NCBI GenBank assembly: GCA_002269645.1
Contig: NIVC01000829.1
Span: 1-64,000 of the forward strand
Source of the DNA: Macrostomum lignano
Lineage: Eukaryota
DNA: 64,000 bases
Direction: 5' to 3'
Below, one piece after another: positions 46,205 to 57,460 of this stretch (position 1 is its first letter; the number at the start of each line of letters is the position of its first letter). The notes beneath the pieces were generated by a model, which searched no databases, was not told the DNA's origin, and saw nothing but the letters and a program-made list of their open reading frames with translations. The position numbers and the translations under genes were made by a program.

Positions 46205-46477
46205 TACTCAGCAACATTGAAAAGTTACCACTCTATGCACCAGTAAGCAATTTCTCTTGGACAATTCTATATGAATGAAACTCTAGTTGGGGGTAGCTTT
46301 AATCCGTCCAACCCTCGCACACCGCTCCCCCCACTTCATTCCCCAACTCAAGTCTGCCGCGTGGCGTAGCTGAGTTGCGTCACTCGCAAAGATTGAGAGA
46401 CTTTACCTGCACTCTCTCAAAAGTGGCGACCACAGATGGAATCCTCTGTAATGGCGACTTTTCAATGTTGCTAAGTA
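46205..46477 (-). mobile_element. Same MITE family in inverted orientation; duplicates at 53028-53300 and 59850-60122
   Basis: TACTCAGCAACATTGAAAAGTTACCA / TGGCGACTTTTCAATGTTGCTAAGTA, TA-flanked; the internal sequence is the reverse complement of 44047-44329. Confidence 0.7.
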
Positions 46478-46723
46478 TATTTAATGTCTCTGCGTTTACT
46501 TTTTAATTTTTTTAAGCAGACTGAACCAGTTCTTCGTTTTGCTTAAATTAATTCAATTATTTTATGTTTGCTTTCTGGTTAAGAACTGTGAATGTGTAGG
46601 AAAATTATGAAGTGACAAGTACCGACAATTTTTTGGAAAATCTGGTTGAAAGTTTGTTTTTTGATTGACACGACAATATCATGGACTGCTTTTTTGAAAA
46701 CTGGGCCCATATATGCTTTAACG

Positions 46724-47161
46724 ATGGCAACAAAACGTAAATCAAGCGCAACAAGCGACGAGCAGGATCGACCAGCAAGCCGACTGTGCAGCCTCAGCCA
46801 CTGCCAGAGCCCGGCTTCGGGCCGCGGACACTATTGGGCCGGGCCTCTCTGCGCTGAGCATCTCGAGAGTGACAAAGAGCAGTTTAAAAGTCGGTTCGCC
46901 AGCATTAAGAATGAAACCGATTCGATACTCGCTGGTGCTTCGCAGCTCACCAACCGCGCTAAAGCTGCTCAATTCGAGCTGACGACTGACCGGGCTGAGA
47001 CGGCTGACCTGTTTGAGGCTGTCATTGCAAGAGTGAATGAGTGCAGGGAGAAAGTGCTTGGTAGATTAGACTCGAATATTGCAGATATGGAGCAGATCCA
47101 GAGGTCTCTCAGCTGTGTAGAGAAACTTTCGGTTGATGTCAAAAGTCAGTCAGCCCACTAG
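46724..47161 (+). CDS. Type C mini-gene C2: finger + coiled coil only, 145 aa, intact ORF
   Basis: ATG at 46724 (codon 27 of the listed ORF); CSLSHC-x15-CAEH; ends EKLSVDVKSQSAH*; no AG acceptor immediately upstream, so expression is uncertain. Confidence 0.55.
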   Translation: MATKRKSSATSDEQDRPASRLCSLSHCQSPASGRGHYWAGPLCAEHLESDKEQFKSRFASIKNETDSILAGASQLTNRAKAAQFELTTDRAETADLFEAVIARVNECREKVLGRLDSNIADMEQIQRSLSCVEKLSVDVKSQSAH

Positions 47162-49128
47162 TACTAAAACTTTGTAAATTGTGAAAGTTTTTTAAACTGA
47201 GCTACCGAGTTTTAAACTTATTCGATGATAGGGAGTGTCAATACATTTCTAGTTTGATCTCTTGGCTTTGTGTTGAGACAGCCGATATAGCTGATTGGTG
47301 GGACAAATAAGATTAATAGGAATTTCTATAGTCCACACAACTTAAGTGTTTCTATACCTTATAAAAACTTGCGTTGTTCATTGGCTATTAGAAATTCATG
47401 TTCCTATCAGCTTTTCTGTCAGGACTCTAAGTCCCTCTTGACCTTGGCTACGCTACTGGCTGTGTGCATGAGTATAAACCTTAGATTCCATCTTATTTCA
47501 GCATTTCAACCTTTCTGCATAGCTCTTATGCTTTTTTAAATTGAGCCGTCCAATTTAGAACAGAAGTAGACGATTGGTGTTTGAGGTTTTTAATATTTTT
47601 ACAATCGTATTTTTGTTTGCTCACTCTAATTTACGATAAATCAGCTAACCTAATGTCCGCTGCCATGTAAGTGTTACCAATGTAAAAACATACTTTTATA
47701 CTGGCAATGTGGTTTTGGCATTCCTAAAATTTTCCGAAAGTATTCATCAAGACATGCTACAGATTTTTCTACTTTACTACTGTCGGAAACTATTTAATGT
47801 TTATGCTATTATTTTTACGTACCCAATTGTTGTTTAGAATTTTTTTCTATTATACGGGCGTATAGATATGCATAAATACGAGTATATAGTTTTGGCCTAG
47901 AAGTCTCAAAATCCTTTATTATTTTTCTGTAAAAAATTATTGAAATAGTTATTGTCTATTTGAGCACTAAACCCAGAATTCTGAGGCTATATGACGTGTA
48001 ATTTTTGTCAATTTCATATATCTCTTTCAATAACGATCTGTTAAAGTACTCAAATTAGTGATAGTCATGGGGAAAGTTTCGTTCGATTCTTGAACAATGT
48101 GCCGTTGATAGGTAACTGTCTTTTTGTCTGAAGGTTGTTGCTTTCACACACCACAAATTTTCGATTTGTTAAATTGCCTAACCTTAACGACGCCCAAATT
48201 TGAGATCGCATAACTTTATATTACCGAAAACTCACTTCCCTAATTTTTTGCAAGCAACACTTTAATCCCGCAACTCTACATAAAGTGCACATATAGATCC
48301 TAAAAAATCCTTGCGCGCCAGAAATTTTTATGGGTAAGCAACAGGCTTCTGGCTGTGGATTTCGAAGTTCTATGTTAGTAAAATCTGTTAGCTCGTAATA
48401 TCTGCAAAATTTGTCATTTCCAGTGCTCAAATTTAGCGCCGATCAAAGTTCGTTTTTTATAGCTGCTATGCTTTCGCAGTCTCGAAGGTTTTTAAGTTTG
48501 TTTTTCTAAACCACAATATAAACGGCGGATTGCGTCACAAATAAGTTTCTTATTTTTCAAACGTTTTTATCTCCATTTTTTAGTTATTTGAATATTAGTA
48601 AACATAAAGATCTTAAAGATTTAGTATAGGTGGATAGTTTGTATGTAAGCTCATTTTAGGTAGGTACTAGGTAACTCATTTTCACTTTCTGTGATAATTC
48701 GCATGATTATACGATATGAAAACTGTCAGGCTAATGACTTTCTAAATTTTTAGATAATTTCAATTTATAAGCATCTGATTTACTAAAACTCTCTCTGAGT
48801 TTTTGTGAAATACTGAGCCCTTCCCGAGGAGCTTAAGCGTCTCAACACCGAATCAATGCTTTCCATCAAATCATGACTATTTTTTTGCTTTCCTAGACGC
48901 AAAAATATGTGCAACCTCAATACCAACCGAAGGCACTGACCAATGAGAGGTTCCGATGCAGTACAGCATGGTATGGTAGCAAGCCCAAGCGCTTGCATAT
49001 ATAGACAATTCGTTTTTTATCAACAATCACTTCTATTACAGCTTCAGCAGCGATTAGCATTTAGTATTTATATATATATATTTAGTATTACTCGTATGCT
49101 CAGTAGCTAATATTTTCTCTTTTCTGCT

Positions 49129-50640
49129 ATGACAACCGATAGCGTCGATGCAGAATCCGATGCACAGACGTGCACCATGACGCATTGCACAGAGCCTTCG
49201 TCAGGTCTTGGAATATACTAGAGCGGGCAACTCTGCGAGCGGCATCTCGCTAAAGATGAGAAGATTTTCGCAAAGAAATACGCCGATGTTAAATCAGAGA
49301 ACACTGAGGTATTATCGAAGACAGATGAACTGTTAAAAGCAAACAGGGGAGCTCTGTTTGAACTGACCAGCGACAGAGCTGAGGCCGCTGATCTGTTTGA
49401 CGCAATCTTTCAGAGATTGCAGCAGTGCAGAGAAAATGTGATGAGCAGATTGGACTCCAAAATAGACAATGTGGAGCAGAACTTGAGAGCTCTCAGTTTC
49501 ATAGAAAAACTCGCGATCGAGATCGGCGAGGAGGAAGCCAAAGGTGTTTCAACTAAAGGATTCAGGCTGCATCAAGAGGTCCAGATCTCGCTTGAGGATG
49601 CCACGATATCAGAAGAGTTTCTCGATCCGGTGGACAGCAGTGTGCAGCAGGTACTGAGATTGCAACAAGCTGTTGAGACTTTTGCAGATGAGGCTGAGGA
49701 TCCTGAGGATAAGAAACGAGAAAGTAGACTTAAGTCTGCCGTGCCCACTGTTAAGGTGGCGCCTATTTTGGCCTGCAATGTAATCTATGTTTTCGCTGCT
49801 GTTTGCTGCAACACTACTGGATACTATTTCTCAGCTCTAGCAGTCAGGAAGACAAACCAAAACGGATTTCAAGCTCTCCCTAGCGGAAGCACTTTTTGTG
49901 TGGGTAACCATAATAGTTCGTAGTATTGGTTTTTCATGGTCTGTAATTCAGACATGCAAATAATCAGTCAGTGGAACGTTGGTAACAACGGAGTGCAGCT
50001 AGCTTCAGGCACATTTGTAGATCGTCTTCAGCAGATATTTCTTCTTGGAACCAATCAGTCCCTAATTGTGACTGACCTGACTGGCACCCAGTTGCGAAGT
50101 GTCCAGAATGTGCAGTGCCAAGCTCCAATAAGCCTCACTCATGACATGGAGAAGCTGTACATTCTCAGCAACGGTTGCGTGAACTGCCTCTCTCTGGAGT
50201 CGCTTGAGCTGCAGCAGAGCTTGACGCTGCCCGATAATGTGAAGGACGCTCGCAGTGTAACAGCTTCAGGACGCAGCTTAATTCTGGCTACTCCATCAGC
50301 TGTACATCGGTTAAACATCGGCACCGGTGGTGGGAAGAAGCTGATGGACAGTCAGAACTTTGTTGTCGCTGTCATTGACTCTGGATTGATTGCAGTGTTC
50401 GAAACTAATGGAAATGCTGTTTTTGTAAGCAGCTCAGGGCAGCGGTTGAAAAGTTTCAGTCTGACAAACTCGGGTTTCAACTACGTAAACTATTGCCAAA
50501 CTTGTCGACAGGGCAATTACAATACCACCTGCCAATCTATAATCTGCAGCGGTGCCTACTTAGATTCCACAAGCTGTTTCGTTCTTCTTGTGCACTTGTC
50601 ATGCGGACACCGATTCCTTGGGCGCATTTCTATTGGTTAA
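49129..50640 (+). pseudogene. Type B paralogue B5, nonsense pseudogene
   Basis: TAG at 49219-49221 (W codon) and 49921-49923 (Q codon); upstream acceptor AG changed to TG. Confidence 0.9.
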
Positions 50641-53543
50641 TCATGGAGCTGTTTGCTCGTTTTGTTCTGATACTTTTACTCTATTAAGGTATGATTTCGA
50701 ATAATTTAACTAAGGACCTTTTTTAAAATTGATCGGAGACGAGGAGAATGTTTTTAGTTGCTACCTATACTGTTTTGCTTGCATGCAGTTTTAATATGAT
50801 GTATGTTTTTTGGTAAGTTTTTAACCGCGCCCAAATTTTTATAGATCTTATACGTAGTCCATTTCCGTTTTTTAAAAATTAGTAGTTGTTTTCTTGACAA
50901 TTATATACTTTGCAACATCGAAAAGTCGCCATCACAGAAGATTCCGTCTGTGGTCGCCACTTTTGAGAATTCAGGTAAAAAGTATCTCAATCTGTGCGAC
51001 TGACGCAACTTAGCGACGCCACGCGGCTGACTTTGGTTGAGGAACTGATTAAAGCTACCCCTCAGTTTCTCGCGTCTTTTATTTCAGATTTCAGAATAGT
51101 CCAAGAGAAATCTCTCATTGGCGCATAGATTGGCGACTTTTCAATGTTTCTCAGTACATTTTCTTTAGGTGATAAAGCGCAATGGTGTTTTTTAGATTAC
51201 TTATTTGGCAGTAACGATGGTTAGTAAATATGTTCACAGATAATCCCATGGGCCTCTACTCTTCTAACAGGGCTACTAATGTAATCATTGATTGCTCATA
51301 TAAATCAATAGATTGTACGAAGTAGTACTTTTTAACTCTCGTGTCATCCAGCTTGTTCCATACTCCATTTTTTAAGACACAAGATTTGTAGCTGCCCTAC
51401 CAGCTGCGTACTGCCGTAGTGAGACACGGTGAATACTGGACATCCCAAGCTGGGGATGCTACGTGCTAGGCTTCACCAGAAGAATTTTGTGTTTTTGACC
51501 ATCGATCCCATTCCGATTTTTTTTTGCATCAGCGTCACTCTGCTGTTAGAGACCTGAAAGTGAGGGACCCAGACGGAATATTTCAGCGTTTATCGTCAAC
51601 TGGTCCGACCAGCTATCGAATATAACCTGTTTAGTACGGCGCGTTGCTCTGTGTTCCATTTTTATATCTGCGTTTACGTTTAAATCCTGGTTGCGCCAAT
51701 TATTGCCAGTCAATTTAGCTGAATCTAGCTCGCAGAACTAAGATTAGCTGTGCTTCTTCTTTTAACGTCTATTAATTTTTTCAGCTTGGTTTTAGATAAG
51801 CTTTGTGGTGTTTCCTTGGTTTTCATTTATCGAGAAAGTGTATCAGCATTATCTCGAGTAGTTAACTGCACTTGTAGTAATGATAGATTTGTGGTACACC
51901 TTGTTTTTTGCAAAATTTGAGTTAATTATTGTTATTAGATTTTTTGTTGGTAGTTTTGACATTTTCTGCTTTTAATCTAGTCAGTCTTTATTGTTACAGG
52001 TATCGTTTACTTTTAAGCTTGTATTCATTTTGGTGCAGCTTTCTCGACAAAACCTTTTTTATAGTTTAATTAGCCAAAATACACAGTATTCTGTCAAACA
52101 TCTCAAAAGGAGACAGCACTGACCGGACTTCCTTTAAAGCTGGTTTATCTTCACCTAATTTCGGTAATGCACTGTTATCAGCTATTACACTTGTAATCAA
52201 CTCCAGTTAAAAGGTGACCAATCTATTGAGTGACAATCGGTGGCAGTCTGTCGAATTACGCATTTCAGCTATGCTTCTTAAAAAGACAGAAAAGTAACTG
52301 CAGACCAGTCCAGCGACCAGTCGTAGATCAAGCGATCGAGCCTGTGACAGCCTGGCAAACTAACCGTGTGTACGTGAAGCAAATCGCTAATTGAACGCGT
52401 CGAATTGAAATATTATGCGCGTGATAAAATGACAAGGATTTTTGTCATTGTTTCAAATAGGTTGCAACACTGTGGACAATCGTCACACTTCTCTACGGAC
52501 GTTTAGCATATATGGGGCTCAAAAACAATAGTACCTGCCAATCTATCATCTGCGGCAGTGCTTCGTTATCGTGCAATGATTTATTTCGTGTTGATACTAA
52601 TTTCCATTTCAAAACACTTCAATGGCTTAGTCTCCTTTTGTTTGGCTCTTTTTCTTTCAATACTGTTACTCTGTAATGAATCCACGCTCCAACATTTTTA
52701 TTAGAAAAAAATGTTTTTTAAAAGACAATTTCTCACCGTCAAATTTGTATATTAAAATTAAATATAGCACATTGATTCTACCAATATCTACCAATTAATC
52801 TACCAATTAAAGCATGTAAGTGTTTACTTTTAGCTTGTAAGCTTTAATTAGAGTATTTTTCTAAGATAGCTTATACTGGTACCCAGTTTTATCGTAAATT
52901 TATTTTACAATTCAGTTTACTTGGCTCGTCAGCTGTGTGGTATGATCCTCTATAGTATCATCATCCTCATACACTACATGTATGCCTTTTGTTGTGTTAT
53001 AGCAGCACTTTTTAAAATATACATATATACTCAGCAACATTGAAAAGTTACCACTCTATGCACCAGTAAGCAATTTCTCTTGGACAATTCTATATGAATG
53101 AAACTCTAGTTGGGGGTAGCTTTAATCCGTCCAACCCTCGCACACCGCTCCCCCCACTTCATTCCCCAACTCAAGTCTGCCGCGTGGCGTAGCTGAGTTG
53201 CGTCACTCGCAAAGATTGAGAGACTTTACCTGCACTCTCTCAAAAGTGGCGACCACAGATGGAATCCTCTGTAATGGCGACTTTTCAATGTTGCTAAGTA
53301 TATTTAATGTCTCTGCGTTTACTTACATTTTTTAAGCAGACTGAACCAGTTCTTTGTTTTGCTTAAATTAATTCAATTATTTTATGTTTGCTTTCTGGTT
53401 AAGAACTGTGAATGTGTAGGAAAATTATGAAGTGACAAGTACCGACAATTTTTTGGAAAATCTGGTTGAAAGTTTGTTTTTTGATTGACACGACAATATC
53501 ATGGACTGCTTTTTTGAAAACTGGGCCCATATATGCTTTAACG

Positions 53544-53981
53544 ATGGCAACAAAACGTAAATCAAGCGCAACAAGCGACGAGCAGGATCGACCAGCAAGC
53601 CGACTGTGCAGCCTCAGCCACTGCCAGAGCCCGGCTTCGGGCCGCGGACACTATTGGGCCGGGCCTCTCTGCGCTGAGCATCTCGAGAGTGACAAAGAGC
53701 AGTTTAAAAGTCGGTTCGCCAGCATTAAGAATGAAACCGATTCGATACTCGCTGGTGCTTCGCAGCTCACCAACCGCGCTAAAGCTGCTCAATTCGAGCT
53801 GACGACTGACCGGGCTGAGACGGCTGACCTGTTTGAGGCTGTCATTGCAAGAGTGAATGAGTGCAGGGAGAAAGTGCTTGGTAGATTAGACTCGAATATT
53901 GCAGATATGGAGCAGATCCAGAGGTCTCTCAGCTGTGTAGAGAAACTTTCGGTTGATGTCAAAAGTCAGTCAGCCCACTAG
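53544..53981 (+). CDS. Type C mini-gene C3 (same translation as C2)
   Basis: Identical translation to 46724-47161. Confidence 0.55.
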   Translation: MATKRKSSATSDEQDRPASRLCSLSHCQSPASGRGHYWAGPLCAEHLESDKEQFKSRFASIKNETDSILAGASQLTNRAKAAQFELTTDRAETADLFEAVIARVNECREKVLGRLDSNIADMEQIQRSLSCVEKLSVDVKSQSAH

Positions 53982-55948
53982 TACTAAAACTTTGTAAATT
54001 GTGAAAGTTTTTTAAACTGAGCTACCGAGTTTTAAACTTATTCGATGATAGGGAGTGTCAATACATTTCTAGTTTGATCTCTTGGCTTTGTGTTGAGACA
54101 GCCGATATAGCTGATTGGTGGGACAAATAAGATTAATAGGAATTTCTATAGTCCACACAACTTAAGTGTTTCTATACCTTATAAAAACTTGCGTTGTTCA
54201 TTGGCTATTAGAAATTCATGTTCCTATCAGCTTTTCTGTCAGGACTCTAAGTCCCTCTTGACCTTGGCTACGCTACTGGCTGTGTGCATGAGTATAAACC
54301 TTAGATTCCATCTTATTTCAGCATTTCAACCTTTCTGCATAGCTCTTATGCTTTTTTAAATTGAGCCGTCCAATTTAGAACAGAAGTAGACGATTGGTGT
54401 TTGAGGTTTTTAATATTTTTACAATCGTATTTTTGTTTGCTCACTCTAATTTACGATAAATCAGCTAACCTAATGTCCGCTGCCATGTAAGTGTTACCAA
54501 TGTAAAAACATACTTTTATACTGGCAATGTGGTTTTGGCATTCCTAAAATTTTCCGAAAGTATTCATCAAGACATGCTACAGATTTTTCTACTTTACTAC
54601 TGTCGGAAACTATTTAATGTTTATGCTATTATTTTTACGTACCCAATTGTTGTTTAGAATTTTTTTCTATTATACGGGCGTATAGATATGCATAAATACG
54701 AGTATATAGTTTTGGCCTAGAAGTCTCAAAATCCTTTATTATTTTTCTGTAAAAAATTATTGAAATAGTTATTGTCTATTTGAGCACTAAACCCAGAATT
54801 CTGAGGCTATATGACGTGTAATTTTTGTCAATTTCATATATCTCTTTCAATAACGATCTGTTAAAGTACTCAAATTAGTGATAGTCATGGGGAAAGTTTC
54901 GTTCGATTCTTGAACAATGTGCCGTTGATAGGTAACTGTCTTTTTGTCTGAAGGTTGTTGCTTTCACACACCACAAATTTTCGATTTGTTAAATTGCCTA
55001 ACCTTAACGACGCCCAAATTTGAGATCGCATAACTTTATATTACCGAAAACTCACTTCCCTAATTTTTTGCAAGCAACACTTTAATCCCGCAACTCTACA
55101 TAAAGTGCACATATAGATCCTAAAAAATCCTTGCGCGCCAGAAATTTTTATGGGTAAGCAACAGGCTTCTGGCTGTGGATTTCGAAGTTCTATGTTAGTA
55201 AAATCTGTTAGCTCGTAATATCTGCAAAATTTGTCATTTCCAGTGCTCAAATTTAGCGCCGATCAAAGTTCGTTTTTTATAGCTGCTATGCTTTCGCAGT
55301 CTCGAAGGTTTTTAAGTTTGTTTTTCTAAACCACAATATAAACGGCGGATTGCGTCACAAATAAGTTTCTTATTTTTCAAACGTTTTTATCTCCATTTTT
55401 TAGTTATTTGAATATTAGTAAACATAAAGATCTTAAAGATTTAGTATAGGTGGATAGTTTGTATGTAAGCTCATTTTAGGTAGGTACTAGGTAACTCATT
55501 TTCACTTTCTGTGATAATTCGCATGATTATACGATATGAAAACTGTCAGGCTAATGACTTTCTAAATTTTTAGATAATTTCAATTTATAAGCATCTGATT
55601 TACTAAAACTCTCTCTGAGTTTTTGTGAAATACTGAGCCCTTCCCGAGGAGCTTAAGCGTCTCAACACCGAATCAATGCTTTCCATCAAATCATGACTAT
55701 TTTTTTGCTTTCCTAGACGCAAAAATATGTGCAACCTCAATACCAACCGAAGGCACTGACCAATGAGAGGTTCCGATGCAGTACAGCATGGTATGGTAGC
55801 AAGCCCAAGCGCTTGCATATATAGACAATTCGTTTTTTATCAACAATCACTTCTATTACAGCTTCAGCAGCGATTAGCATTTAGTATTTATATATATATA
55901 TTTAGTATTACTCGTATGCTCAGTAGCTAATATTTTCTCTTTTCTGCT

Positions 55949-57460
55949 ATGACAACCGATAGCGTCGATGCAGAATCCGATGCACAGACGTGCACCATGA
56001 CGCATTGCACAGAGCCTTCGTCAGGTCTTGGAATATACTAGAGCGGGCAACTCTGCGAGCGGCATCTCGCTAAAGATGAGAAGATTTTCGCAAAGAAATA
56101 CGCCGATGTTAAATCAGAGAACACTGAGGTATTATCGAAGACAGATGAACTGTTAAAAGCAAACAGGGGAGCTCTGTTTGAACTGACCAGCGACAGAGCT
56201 GAGGCCGCTGATCTGTTTGACGCAATCTTTCAGAGATTGCAGCAGTGCAGAGAAAATGTGATGAGCAGATTGGACTCCAAAATAGACAATGTGGAGCAGA
56301 ACTTGAGAGCTCTCAGTTTCATAGAAAAACTCGCGATCGAGATCGGCGAGGAGGAAGCCAAAGGTGTTTCAACTAAAGGATTCAGGCTGCATCAAGAGGT
56401 CCAGATCTCGCTTGAGGATGCCACGATATCAGAAGAGTTTCTCGATCCGGTGGACAGCAGTGTGCAGCAGGTACTGAGATTGCAACAAGCTGTTGAGACT
56501 TTTGCAGATGAGGCTGAGGATCCTGAGGATAAGAAACGAGAAAGTAGACTTAAGTCTGCCGTGCCCACTGTTAAGGTGGCGCCTATTTTGGCCTGCAATG
56601 TAATCTATGTTTTCGCTGCTGTTTGCTGCAACACTACTGGATACTATTTCTCAGCTCTAGCAGTCAGGAAGACAAACCAAAACGGATTTCAAGCTCTCCC
56701 TAGCGGAAGCACTTTTTGTGTGGGTAACCATAATAGTTCGTAGTATTGGTTTTTCATGGTCTGTAATTCAGACATGCAAATAATCAGTCAGTGGAACGTT
56801 GGTAACAACGGAGTGCAGCTAGCTTCAGGCACATTTGTAGATCGTCTTCAGCAGATATTTCTTCTTGGAACCAATCAGTCCCTAATTGTGACTGACCTGA
56901 CTGGCACCCAGTTGCGAAGTGTCCAGAATGTGCAGTGCCAAGCTCCAATAAGCCTCACTCATGACATGGAGAAGCTGTACATTCTCAGCAACGGTTGCGT
57001 GAACTGCCTCTCTCTGGAGTCGCTTGAGCTGCAGCAGAGCTTGACGCTGCCCGATAATGTGAAGGACGCTCGCAGTGTAACAGCTTCAGGACGCAGCTTA
57101 ATTCTGGCTACTCCATCAGCTGTACATCGGTTAAACATCGGCACCGGTGGTGGGAAGAAGCTGATGGACAGTCAGAACTTTGTTGTCGCTGTCATTGACT
57201 CTGGATTGATTGCAGTGTTCGAAACTAATGGAAATGCTGTTTTTGTAAGCAGCTCAGGGCAGCGGTTGAAAAGTTTCAGTCTGACAAACTCGGGTTTCAA
57301 CTACGTAAACTATTGCCAAACTTGTCGACAGGGCAATTACAATACCACCTGCCAATCTATAATCTGCAGCGGTGCCTACTTAGATTCCACAAGCTGTTTC
57401 GTTCTTCTTGTGCACTTGTCATGCGGACACCGATTCCTTGGGCGCATTTCTATTGGTTAA
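55949..57460 (+). pseudogene. Type B paralogue B6, nonsense pseudogene (copy of B5)
   Basis: TAG at 56039-56041 and 56741-56743; acceptor lost. Confidence 0.9.

Larger units (their letters stand above)
46536..53355 (+). repeat. 6,820-bp tandem duplication unit 1
   Basis: All ORF pairs are offset by exactly 6820 with identical translations (46646/53466, 48221/55041, 49417/56237, 49936/56756, 50493/57313). Confidence 0.95.

Noticed and set aside
46646-46723. 26-aa N-terminal extension of the type C ORFs from TTG starts
   Set aside because: Non-ATG start in a eukaryote; homology with types A and B begins at the downstream ATG
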